From Octopus sinensis (Eukaryota), in the NCBI RefSeq assembly GCF_006345805.1, contig NC_043010.1:68339165-68403164 (forward strand): 64,000 nt of DNA. The letters are read 5' to 3'. A program made the translations under genes and the position numbers. The notes under the pieces were generated by a model. The model searched no databases, was not told the DNA's origin, and saw only the letters and a program-made list of their open reading frames with translations. Below are positions 52,818 through 64,000 of this stretch, piece by piece (position 1 is the stretch's first letter; each line of letters starts with the position of its first letter).

Positions 52818-53593
52818 ATATATAAGCATATAAATATATGTAAATATATATGTATATATATGCATATATATATATATATACATATATACATAGATATGCA
52901 TATAAATATAATTATGTATATATATATATATATATACATATATATATGTATGTAATATAATTGCTTACGCACATTCATACACATATACATAGTACCTATG
53001 CATGTATGCATGTATGTATGTATGCATGTATGTATGTATGTATGGTTGTATATATATTTGTATGTATATATGTATGTGTGTATTTATGTATGTATGTATG
53101 TATGTATGTATGTAGGTAGGTAGGTATGTGTGTATGTATATGTGCGTGTATGTATGTATCACTAAAGTGACGGAAGAGAAGACCATTCCTCGGTTCTTTG
53201 GCTACATCCTTTGTATGGCAATTAGACTTACTTTAACGCGTGTCATGGCAACCACAACAGACAAAAAGGACGGACTCCAAGAGAAGACGAAGAGAATTTA
53301 TTTTCTTCTACCCCTTCTTCTATGAACGGCGGATGTGCTTGTAAATATATATCCACCCACCTAAAATTTATAAATTATGAATTCAGCTTTCAGCTCTCAG
53401 CTATCAGCTCTCAACATCATTCAGATTTAGCTTCACAAATATGTATTTACCATATTCTATATACACTCACAGGCACACACGATAACAAGCAAGCTGTACA
53501 AAGGCCACACGTACCCACCAATCTGTATTATGTATGCTTGTGTGAGAGTAATTACGACTGTCGCTACGCATATAATTTGTATATGGAAATATA

Positions 53594-54005
53594 CTTAAGT
53601 TAAGTTAAGTTAATTTTTTGGCTCAAAAAGCAAAAAGCAAGGCCATGTAGGGGGACATGGAGTTACGTACAGGGTGGTGCTCATGCAAAGAGTTCAGGCC
53701 ATTTGTGGTCAAGGGAGACTTTGAACCGAGCGGTCGTCGGCATCTTCACCATCTCGTCCGGCAGCTTATTCCACGGACGGATCCGCAACCCGGACGGAGA
53801 AAGCCCCTCTCCTTCGATTGAGATGAAATCGTCGCAGATAGAGCTTTTCGGAGTGACCCCGCAGCCGACGCTCTGGAGCAGGAGTGAAGAACAGCTCTTT
53901 CGAGAGGTTACACTTTCCGCTTATGATGTTGTGAGCAAGAATAAGATCACCACGGCATCGTCGTTTTTCTAGAGAATAAAGGTCGAGCGTCTTCAGCCTT
54001 TCTTC
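53594..54005 (-). mobile_element. CR1 LINE 3' end
   Basis: EERLKTLDLYSLEKRRCRGDLILAHNII...RLRGHSEKL...AFSVRV, a 3'UTR and a (TAACT)n tail. Confidence 0.9.
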
Positions 54006-54436
54006 AAATATATATGGATGCACGTATGTATGTATATACATATTTTAAGATTTCGCTTACGCATGGAGATACTAATAATCTGGTGTTAGGATTCAATATA
54101 CATGTGCTTCAGAACAAAGCGTTAGGCGAGTACAGAGTGTAATATGGAATTAAATAAATGACAAGGGAACAGGAATTATTTTCCTGCATTCTTTTTTTTT
54201 TTTCATTTGTTTCTGTCGGAGCACAACCTTGAAGGATTTTAGTCGAACAAATCTGACCCCACGGCTTATTGCTTTTAAAGCCTAGTACTTATTCTAACGG
54301 TCTCTTTTAAGCGGTGATGAGGGGACAAACGCAGACTAATACACACACACACGCGCGCATATTTTGTCTTGAAGTATGAGCGAAAATCTCCAGTAGAAGC
54401 ACACAAATCGTCCCATCTATAAGGTTAATAAAACCA

Positions 54437-54770
54437 GGCGCAGGAGTGGCTGTGCGGTAAGTAGCTTGCTTACCAACCACATGGTTACGGGTTCAGTCTC
54501 ACTGCGTGGCATCTTGGGCAAGTGTCTTCTACTATAGGCTCGGGCCAACAAAAACCCTGTGAGTGGATTTGATAGGCGGAAACAGAAAGAAGCCGGTCGT
54601 ATATATATATATATATGTATGTGTATGTATATGTTTGTGTGTCTGTATTGTGTATGTGTGTGTTTGCGTGTGTGTTGGCGTGTGGTGTGTGTGTGTTTGC
54701 GTGCGTGTGTATGTGTATGTACGTGTGTGTGTATGTGTGTGTGTGTATGTGTGTGTGTCCGTGTGTGTGT
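54437..54770 (+). mobile_element. SINE family A 5' half with (TG)n spacer
   Basis: Family A head homology. Confidence 0.85.
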
Positions 54771-55059
54771 AGGCAGTGAGAAGGAGAGAGAGACCGATTA
54801 CATGGAAATATAATAGACTAAATGAACAAATATATATGTCTTTTAATCCTGTATTCGTGATTTTACCATACACGCACAATATATTTCCTTAGGGAAATCC
54901 TGGCATCCGTGGGTCGTAAGGTGTTCTTACCGGATAAAAAAATATCGTATCAATTGGGCATTTGTTCATAGTCTAGGTCCCGAAAATATTTCATAAACTC
55001 AACCTTCTTTGCCGTGTCCGATGGATTAAACACAGCCAAATCTCTCTGTAAAATCTCCC

Positions 55060-55631
55060 TCTTTTACTTGTTTCAGTCATTTGACTGTGGCCATGCTGGA
55101 GCATCGCATTTAGTCGAGCAAATCGACCCCAGGACTTATTCTTTGTAAGCTTAGTACTTAGTCTATCGGTCTCTTTTGTCGAACCGCTAAGTTACGGGGA
55201 CGTAAACACACCAGCATCGGTTGTCAAGTGATGTTGGGGGACAAACACAGACACACAAACATACACACACACACACACACACACAAACATAAATGTATAT
55301 ATAGGGAGAGTTCACGCAAAAAACAAAAGACGAAGACAGGTGGTGTACAAAACAAACAGATGTATTAGTATAACGGTCAGGAATAGAAAAAGTCTTTTAC
55401 GTTTCGAGCCTACGCTCTTCTATAGAAAGGGACACAAAAAAAACAAGGACAGAAAGAAAATGTGTGTAGTGGCTACCGATCTATCATGGCGACTGCCGGA
55501 CAGAAAGCTCACACACGGGCTTCTTTCAGTTTCCTTCAACGAAATCCATTCCCAAGGCTTTGGTCGGCCCGAGGCTATAGTAAAAGACACTTGCCCAAGG
55601 TGCCACGCAGTGGGACTGAACCCGGAACCAT
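55060..55631 (-). mobile_element. SINE family A with a family E element (55303-55500) inserted in its spacer
   Basis: Tail at 55060-55260, head at 55515-55631. Confidence 0.85.
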
Positions 55632-55859
55632 GAAATTTAGCTTAAGAAAAAAGAAAAAAACCTGCTAATAAAAATATAAAATGATTATATGTAGGTTTTC
55701 TTTGAAAGAGCGGTTTTAAAAGAGTAAAATGGTAAAGAGTAAAATTTGCCACAGAAATTACCATCCCATCTATATACTTTTGAGTACTTTTGTCACTCGT
55801 TGGCAGACCAATTCTTTGTGAAGGGATTAGGGAGTCGGAAATTATGTAGAAGCTTTCCG

Positions 55860-56290
55860 TGTAAGTGTGTGTGTATGTGTGTCCGTCTTTGTCCCCTGTA
55901 CTGCTTGACAACAGGTGTTGAATTGGTTATACCATCTGTAATTTAGTGGTGGCGCGTGGCTTAGTGGTTAGGGTACTGGACTCATGATCGTAAGATTGTG
56001 GTTTCGATTCTTGGATCGGGCAACGCGTTGTGCTCTTGAGCAAAACAATTCATTTCACGTTGCTCTAGTTCATTCAACAGGCAAAAATGAATAATCCTTC
56101 GACGGACCGGTGTACCGTCTAGGTAGGGCATATATGTGTCACGGAACCCGGGAAAATGGCCCTTATCAGTCGGTGTGACTCGAGAAGGTAACTTAACTTC
56201 TTTTTTTCTTTATCCGCAACTTAGCGGTTCAGCAAAGGAAACAGATAGAATAAGCACCAGGATTAAAATAAGGACTGTGATCGATTTGTT
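55860..56290 (+). mobile_element. Old SINE A 3' half interrupted by another tRNA SINE (55949-56200)
   Basis: Inner head tggcgcgtggcttagtggttaggg...gtttcgattc; outer pieces match the A tail. Confidence 0.7.
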
Positions 56291-56348
56291 GGGCTAAAAT
56301 ATGTGGACAATTTCCTCAGATATAGAATCGGAGATGTACCGGTTTCAA

Positions 56349-56434
56349 GGAGAGCAAGCCAACTGGATAGCAAGCGAAACTGGAGAGCAAGTCACCTGGA
56401 GAGTAGGCAAGCTGGGGAGCAGGCCAACTGGAGG
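56349..56434 (-). repeat. Inverted orphan copy of the 16-bp minisatellite with a 20-bp TSD
   Basis: Flanked by cggagatgtaccggtttcaa at 56329-56348 and 56444-56463. Confidence 0.9.
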
Positions 56435-56569
56435 ATGATGTACCGGAGATGTACCGGTTTCAATGTTCGACAAAATCAATTTAGTCGTGTTGTCATGGAC
56501 GTAATTTCAGTGTTTGTGTTTATGTATGTCTTTGAGAATACGGAGGGAGAGAGAGAGAGGGGGGGGGAG

Positions 56570-56800
56570 TGTTTGTATGTCTGTATTCGCGCCCCCCTAA
56601 CATCGCTTGACAACCGACGCTGGTGTGTTTACGTCCCCGTAACTTAGCGGTTCGGCAAAAAAAAAGCCCGATGGAATAAGTACTAAGCATAAAATAAAAA
56701 AGAATAAGTCTCGGGGGGGGGGGGAATCGATTTGCTCGACTGAAAGCTGTGCCCCCAGCATGGCCGCAGTCAAATGACTGAAACCAAGTTAAGAAAATAG
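56570..56800 (+). mobile_element. SINE family A 3' half
   Basis: Family A tail homology. Confidence 0.85.
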
Positions 56801-57517
56801 AAGAATATCCATCGGTGACTCTCCGCCACACACAAACAAGCGGTCCAAGGAGATGACGACCGCTTCAGTTGACAGTCCAGTTCAAGGCTGCTTCAAGAAG
56901 CTGAGTCAGAAGCATCTCTACGTAAATGAGAGGTGTTTAACGGACATTATTTTTAGCCAAGTCTGAACAACTGAGCGATTTTATTTTATTACACTTGACT
57001 GAAGAGTTTCGTTCCGCCTCTCACCGGAAATGAAAACAAATTTCATATTTTTATGATGCTCTTGACTTTTATTTTCTCATGACCTCAATCCACCAAATGC
57101 AAAATACATAATTAATTACGAACCCTTACTAGAATTCTATTTGTGTGTGTATGTCTGTACACACATAGTCATATATATATATACAAATATATAAGAGACT
57201 TATGTGTATATATAACATATACACACGTATATGCACATACATATACATGTATAAGTGTCCATATATGTTTGATGTATGCATATTTACATACATCAATAAG
57301 TATACCATAAGTATACATATATGTATGCACCATGCACGTAAGTACACACACACAAGCACAAACACAAACATACACACACACATATATACATGTATGTACA
57401 TGCATATGTGTATATATACTCTATACGTGTGCATATACAGGAATATACATAACTACGTACATTTATGCTTATATATAACTTATATATATATATATGTATG
57501 TATGTATGTATATATAC

Positions 57518-57585
<68 letters not shown>

Positions 57586-57629
57586 TGTGTGGTTATATAT
57601 ATATATATATGTGTGTGTGTGTTTATGCA

Positions 57630-57700
57630 TGTGTGTGTTTATGTAAGTATGCATGCATGTATGCATTTATATGTATATGTATGCATGCATGTATGTATGC

Positions 57701-57750
<50 letters not shown>

Positions 57751-57768
57751 TCTTCATAAATTTATTTC

Positions 57769-57811
<43 letters not shown>

Positions 57812-57815
57812 TATA

Positions 57816-57851
<36 letters not shown>

Positions 57852-57925
57852 CATGCATACATACATGCATGCATACATATACATATAAATGCATACATGC
57901 ATGCATACTCACATAAACACACACC
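57630..57925. repeat. ~75-bp near-perfect inverted repeat within microsatellite DNA
   Basis: 57631-57705 versus 57850-57923 with one mismatch; the same peptide appears on both strands in the ORF track. Confidence 0.85.
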
Positions 57926-58780
57926 TGCACACACATACACACATATATATATATACACACACACAAATTGATGTATATGTGCATCTGTGGAGGCGTTTGT
58001 TTGTGTGTTTGTTGCGACCTCATCTACCATCCGCTGACATCGCTGCCATCACCGCAAAACAACTCCACAGATGCAGCTACCACCGCAATCTCCATCACTA
58101 GCACTAACAATCGCCCGTTCCTACTACCACACCTCCTACTCACTCCTCCTACTGCAACCCCTAACCCCGTGCCACCCGCTTCACTTACCATCGGCACCGT
58201 CATCGCCACCGCCGTCGCCATTGCATCCACCACCGACGAAGACGATCACCGCTTCAACTCCCACCACCACCACCACCACCATCACCACCACCACCACCAC
58301 TATGACTACTACTAATGCGTTCTTTGGGGGGTAGCTGCTGTCGCCACCAGTTGCTACAAATATCTCAGCGATACGCAACACCCCTTTAAACCACCCCCAG
58401 TTGTCCTTTGACATACACAACCGCAAAAAACTTCACTGGTACATAACGTCACTAAACCCCCAACTCCCCTCACCCCACCCACCCCACCAGTTCCACGAAT
58501 AGTACCACTCGAAATATTACCAAGATTATGTCCATCGCCGCCGCCACGATCACCGCCACCTTCGGCACTGATATCACTTTACCTCTTACCATTCTAATTG
58601 CTATCTATAACAACAAGACTTGCAAAAACAAAAAACAAAAACAAAAAAAAACCGTCAACTCTAAATGCTGCTGTGACCAGCAACCACTGCAGCGCTACTA
58701 TTACTATCCCGCTTCCATTCATTTCTACAATTCCTGATAATAACAGGAACCCTGGCAAGAAACGTAAACAATTCTATTAA

Positions 58781-59575
58781 TCTCTATATATAAAGCTGAA
58801 GTTGTCTGTGTATGGCAGGTTTGGTAGCCTTCAACTATCACTATCTCCTCGGAGACCCTGCGGTGCAAGTTGACCAAAGCTGAGAGTATGATAGAAGAAG
58901 GCTTGCTCCTCATTCCGTAGAAGATAAAATTCAAATCGGACCATGTTAACACCAAAAATTATTTACATCAAAAACGTGCTTTTTTTTTCACTGAAAATCC
59001 CAATTTTTTACTATTTTTTGAGTGCTGTGTCGCCATTTTTCGGTGTATTCAACCAGAAAAACGTTCACTTAAAGAGAATAACAAGCTACATAATGCAAAA
59101 TTTTTACTTTTCAAAAATTCCAATTCTAAAGGGTCGAAAAGAAAACAAGCCCGAGCAACGCTGGGCTATACTGCTAGTCTATATATATATATAAAGCTGA
59201 AGTTGTCTGTGTGTGGCAGGTTTGGTAGCCTCCAACTAACACTATCTCCTCCGAAACCCTGCGACGTAAGTTGACCAAAATTTAGAGTATGATAGAAGAA
59301 GGCTTGCTCTTCCTTCCGTAGAAGATAAAATTCAAATCGGACCATTTTAACACCAAAAATTATTTACATCAAAAAGGTGCTTTTTTTTCTATGAAAATCC
59401 CTTTTTTTTTTTACAATTTTTTGACTGCTGGGTCGTCATTTTTCGGTGTATTTCAACCAGAAAAATGTTCACTTAAAGAGAATAACAAGCTACATAATGC
59501 AAATTTTTTACCTTTCAAAAATTCCAATTCTGAAGGGTCGAAACAAACCCGAGCATCGCTGGGCGATATTGCTAG
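58781..59575 (+). mobile_element. Head-to-tail dimer of Helitron family F1
   Basis: Copies 58781-59177 and 59178-59575 are joined CTAG|TC; outer junctions are A|TC and CTAG|T. Confidence 0.9.
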
Positions 59576-59644
59576 TACAATTATAAATACAACAAATCCA
59601 CCGCGACCGCCATCATTTTTACTATCAAATAAAATGCAAAAGGT

Positions 59645-59983
59645 AAAGACCCCTCTTTGGTCCTAAATGACCATGGAATTGCACCTAGAAAGTTATCCTC
59701 TGAGGCGCAAGTCCAGCTAGGTTGTTTATGGAAGACCAGCCGTCGCCCATGCTTGCCAGTCTCCCCTCTCCATGTCACCGATGTTGTCCGAGGGAAAGGG
59801 AAAGGGACCGATAGAGCTTGGAACCAGTGACGTCACAACTCGTTTCTACAGCTGAGTGAAGTGGAGCAACGTGAAATAAAGTGTCTTGCTCAAGAAAACA
59901 ACACTCAGCGCAATCCGGGAATCGAACACATTACCTCATGATTGGGAGCCCGACGCTCTAACCACTAAGCCAATGCGCCTTCA
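59645..59983 (-). mobile_element. tRNA SINE family G
   Basis: tRNA-like head (tggcttagtgg, gttcgattcc) on the minus strand; homologous to 61103-61416. Confidence 0.85.
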
Positions 59984-60338
59984 CGCCGTCTCTGGACATT
60001 ACAGACCCGAGTCTTAGGATTCATAGGGTTTGCAATGCGTGAAAGATTACAACCTGTCACCACCGTCCCTGAACAGGACGATAATCTGTCGCAGCGTTAC
60101 TCAGCCACAGTTGAGAGGTGCTGGACAACGTCAAATAGCATAATTTGTCCCAGAACATAATGCACCGCCCGGTCCGGAAATCAAAACCGCCATATTGCGA
60201 TCGTAGTGCAATACCCCAATCACAAGGTCACATGTGTTCACACTACAACAACAATAACTACCACTACTACTACTGTTGCTCCTACTTCGGATGTTGCCAT
60301 TACTGTTGTTGCTACTACTACTACTACCGCTACTACTT

Positions 60339-60374
<36 letters not shown>

Positions 60375-60419
60375 AGAGACCGATTTAAAGTCATTCTACA
60401 GAAGTTGAAGATGTTCAAG

Positions 60420-60750
60420 CCAAATTTCTTTTACACCAATATCTGCAACCTGGTGGAGCATAAAATTTATAGTACTGACAAAAATGGCAGCAGATTGTAC
60501 AAAGTCAGACATAAGCAACGTTTCACAATATTTGCAAAAAGCAGCGCTACATTACTATCGAAGTACATTTGGAACTTGAAAGATAAAATATAATATGGAT
60601 ATTCTCTAGACAATCATTCACTTAAATATTTCCTAATCCTTTACTTAAATATGTCTTAATACCTTAGCAGAATATCTGTGATTAACATCGAAAATCAGAA
60701 ACACGCTGGACCGAAGAAATGAGACCGTCTCACGATAAAAACATCAGAAT
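60420..60750 (+). mobile_element. Degenerate Penelope-like GIY-YIG endonuclease fragment
   Basis: YKVRHKQRF...SATLLSKYIWNLKDK and NTLDRRNE resemble the PLE 'FK.R...H......T.LSKYIW.LK...LNKR.E' pattern. Confidence 0.55.
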
Positions 60751-61102
60751 AATTAGAATTTTTTTTTAGATGTTCTTAACTCAAATGCGATAAACACCTG
60801 AAGCTGCAACGGCATCACAGTTAACGATAGAAGTGCTACAATGCGGACGCAGAAGTAACACCGAAACAGAGTAACCAACAAATTAACCTACGGAACGACA
60901 ATTTAAAAACACCAGATATAAAATGACAGTTTATGAAATTGAGAGACGATGATTTTATCAAAACTAAGTATAGTGTTACAGTTGATATGTTAAGAAAGGC
61001 AACGACTGGAATCGTCAATGAAAAGTTATAGACAAATAAACAACTTCAGCAAAACAGGATATGATAAAGTTATTAACATGTATATACAGGGCAACTATGC
61101 TG

Positions 61103-61416
61103 CTGAGACCCCCTTCGGTCATGACTGAACGTGGGATTGCACCTAGAAAGTTACCCTCCCAGGCACAAGTCCGGGCAAGGTTGTTTATAGAAGACCGACA
61201 GTCGCCCATGCATACCGGCCTCCCCTCTCCACGCCACCAGTGTTATCCAAGGGAAAGGTAAAGGGGCCGAAACAGCTTGGCACCTGTGACGTCGCAACTC
61301 ATTTCTACAGCTGAGTGAACTGGAGCAACATGAAATAAAGTGCCTTGCTCAAGAACACAACGCGCAGCCCGGTCAGGGATTTGAACTCACAACCTCACGA
61401 TCTAACCACTGAGCCA
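61103..61416 (-). mobile_element. tRNA SINE family G
   Basis: Homology to 59645-59983. Confidence 0.85.
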
Positions 61417-61506
61417 TGATGTCATAAGCAACTAAACACTGTTAGCGAAACTGGACGTGATTTAGTTGAACAAGATACGATTATGCAATCGTAAAGGATT
61501 GATAAG

Positions 61507-61540
<34 letters not shown>

Positions 61541-61819
61541 ATCTACTGACCAGCAAAAAGTGATATACATGTAAACAAGTTTGATCAAACAGAATATTAT
61601 TACAAAACGACAACTAGAAGCAAGACAACAATTGAATTAACCAACGATGTGATACCAAAAGACGTGAATTAAGAAGTAAACAGCAACCTGAATATCAGGT
61701 AAAAATAGACCAGCGAAGGTGACTATGAGAACTATAAAACAATACCATTTATAAAACTGCCTATGAAGATGACAGTCATACAGAAAGAATTTACCGTTCA
61801 AGTCCTAATACATATATAC

Positions 61820-62027
61820 ACATTTTATTCAACAAAAGCAATAACAGCATGTAGCAAAAACATCTTTCAATGATTACTCCGAAGCATATTCACCATCTAC
61901 TTCAATGACTACTTCCCATATGCTTGGCTGGCGTTGTTTTTTTTTTGTTTTGTTAAATATTGTTATTGTTTTTATTGAATAAAATTTGTTGAAGAAAAAC
62001 AGCAATAATTTATGCACCAAGCCAATA
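61820..62027 (-). mobile_element. Mariner remnant (one TIR plus transposase C-terminus)
   Basis: TA-ttggcttggtgcataaattattgc is an Hsmar1-like TIR; RQPSIWEVVIEVDGEY resembles mariner C-termini. Confidence 0.65.
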
Positions 62028-62069
62028 TAATATAAATTATATATATAATATATATATATATAGTATATA

Positions 62070-62124
62070 TAAGGATCTGTTTCATGTACGATATTGAATA
62101 TTAGCATATTCTATATATGTATAT

Positions 62125-62157
<33 letters not shown>

Positions 62158-62202
62158 AGGATCTGTTTCATGTACGATATAGAATATTAGCATATTCTAT
62201 AT
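62070..62202. repeat. 47-bp direct duplication across a (TA)n tract
   Basis: taaggatctgtttcatgtacgatat.gaatattagcatattctatat occurs twice. Confidence 0.9.
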
Positions 62203-62356
62203 ATTATATATTAATATTATATATATATATATATAGATATATATATATATAATATATATATAAATCTCTCTCTCTCTCTCTGTATGTATGTAAACAGACC
62301 CCAAACAGCAACAAATTCATATACATGAAAAGTAATAACATTTGCTGCTGCTGTTG

Positions 62357-62359
<3 letters not shown>

Positions 62360-62398
<39 letters not shown>

Positions 62399-62476
62399 TT
62401 ACTACTACTACTACTACTACCACCACTACTACTACTACTACTTCTTGTTCTTCTACTATTTCTTGTTCTTCTTCTT

Positions 62477-62534
<58 letters not shown>

Positions 62535-62535
62535 A
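62360..62535. repeat. (TAC)n microsatellite
   Basis: Direct inspection. Confidence 0.93.
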
Positions 62536-62856
62536 ATAACCAAAACAAGAATCCTTTCTCTAATATGTTGCAATATCCAGAGACGTACTGTCTCGCTCGT
62601 TCTGCAAGGATAAGTTTTTATGGCGCTACGGAACGTTGGCAAACTTTCTTACTAGCCGTTTCTCATTCTGTATCTCTTCTGATTTCAATTCTCCTCCCTC
62701 ACTTTCTCTAATGTCTCACTTCTTTCCTTTCTTCTTTTCGTTTCTTACTTTATAATATAAATATTTTACTTGGTGTTGTTGTTGATCCTTCTTCTTTCAC
62801 CATTTCTTCCTTCGTGTATGAATGAACGCACGCGTATACCTATAGATAAACAGATA

Positions 62857-62923
<67 letters not shown>

Positions 62924-62928
62924 TGTGT

Positions 62929-62967
<39 letters not shown>

Positions 62968-63256
62968 ATCAAACAGATGTCTTTAAAACATTCCGCACAT
63001 AAAATAAACACCATACAACAACCCAACATACTCCATCATCAGCTGCCCCACGGATATCATTATGGTTTCGACACCTGGGCAGTACCATTCAATCAAGCGT
63101 TGTCAGCAGACACTAAAAAAAGTGTTTTGGGGGAACAAACATACCTTAGATATCACCACATTCATTCAATCTTAATTCTAGGAAGGATTAAACACGAACA
63201 TTATTAATTAAATTACACGAAACACATATACATACATACATGCATATATACATACA

Positions 63257-63288
<32 letters not shown>

Positions 63289-63466
63289 TATATATATATA
63301 TATATTAGAAAGTCTATGATAATTATTTAATACAGTCTTAAAGTTCAAAGATGATTTTTGCGAAACTATTTTTTAAAGAAATGGTACGAAATATTTTATC
63401 AGGATTTTACTAATTTTTTCGGGGAAGAAGTTATTTTTTAGTGTGTGAGTCATTTCGTTTAACCTG

Positions 63467-63509
<43 letters not shown>

Positions 63510-63533
63510 TACGTATGTATGTATGTATGTATG

Positions 63534-63565
<32 letters not shown>

Positions 63566-63830
63566 TGTATGTACATATAACCGTCCTTGCTTTTCTCATA
63601 CGAAAAGTCCAATTGGCAGAAATCCGCCATATTGGTCAGTTTTTCTCCCTAAGAATTATCCGGGTTCAATTCCTGATCGGATTCACTTGGAAATCGATAA
63701 AAAAATTAAGTTCGATTTATTCAACTACAGGACCTCTACAGCAATCGCGTTGGCGTTATGCTTAAATTAATAAGCAAAACTTAAGCATCGTATTTCCTGT
63801 CTTTTGCTATTATTATTGTTGGTGTTGTTC

Positions 63831-63865
<35 letters not shown>

Positions 63866-64000
63866 GTCTACAACTACTCAGCCAATTATTATTAAACCAG
63901 TTAAACCAGTCTGAAAATAGATTGTTTTATTACTTTTATCATTATAATGGTTATTATTATTATTATTGTATTGATTATTATTATTATTATTATTTTATTG

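Noticed and set aside
57968-58426. Poly-His/Thr ORFs in a GC-richer stretch
   Set aside because: Low-complexity (CAC)n DNA open in several frames, with starts lying in microsatellite sequence.

Overview
This is a repeat-saturated, AT-rich metazoan window. The SINE set and the extreme (TA)n/(CA)n/(AAT)n load suggest an octopus or other cephalopod; that is inference, not a database result. No intact host protein-coding gene, true tRNA, rRNA or CRISPR array can be supported, and nearly all long ORFs in the track are microsatellite translations. Recognisable elements are: at least six tRNA-headed SINE families (labelled locally), mariner deletion derivatives, a Merlin-like MITE with an 8-bp TSD, non-autonomous Helitrons including a head-to-tail dimer, fragments of RTE, CR1, R4/Dong and Penelope-like (PLE) retroelements, a 16-bp and a 42-bp minisatellite, and a 2.5-kb (AAT)n tract. 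The most interesting signal is a set of minimal hammerhead-ribozyme (HHR) motifs. One is carried inside a tRNA-headed SINE family (5 copies, 2 with an intact core). Two form a tandem pair 367 nt apart, next to inverted repeats. Five occur in a short element family with variant cores, and several half-motifs have different palindromic stem III sequences. Also notable are a bipartite RTE mini-element with a 14-bp TSD and an inverted, locally templated minisatellite insertion with a 20-bp TSD. Repeat boundaries are approximate unless a TIR or TSD is given.
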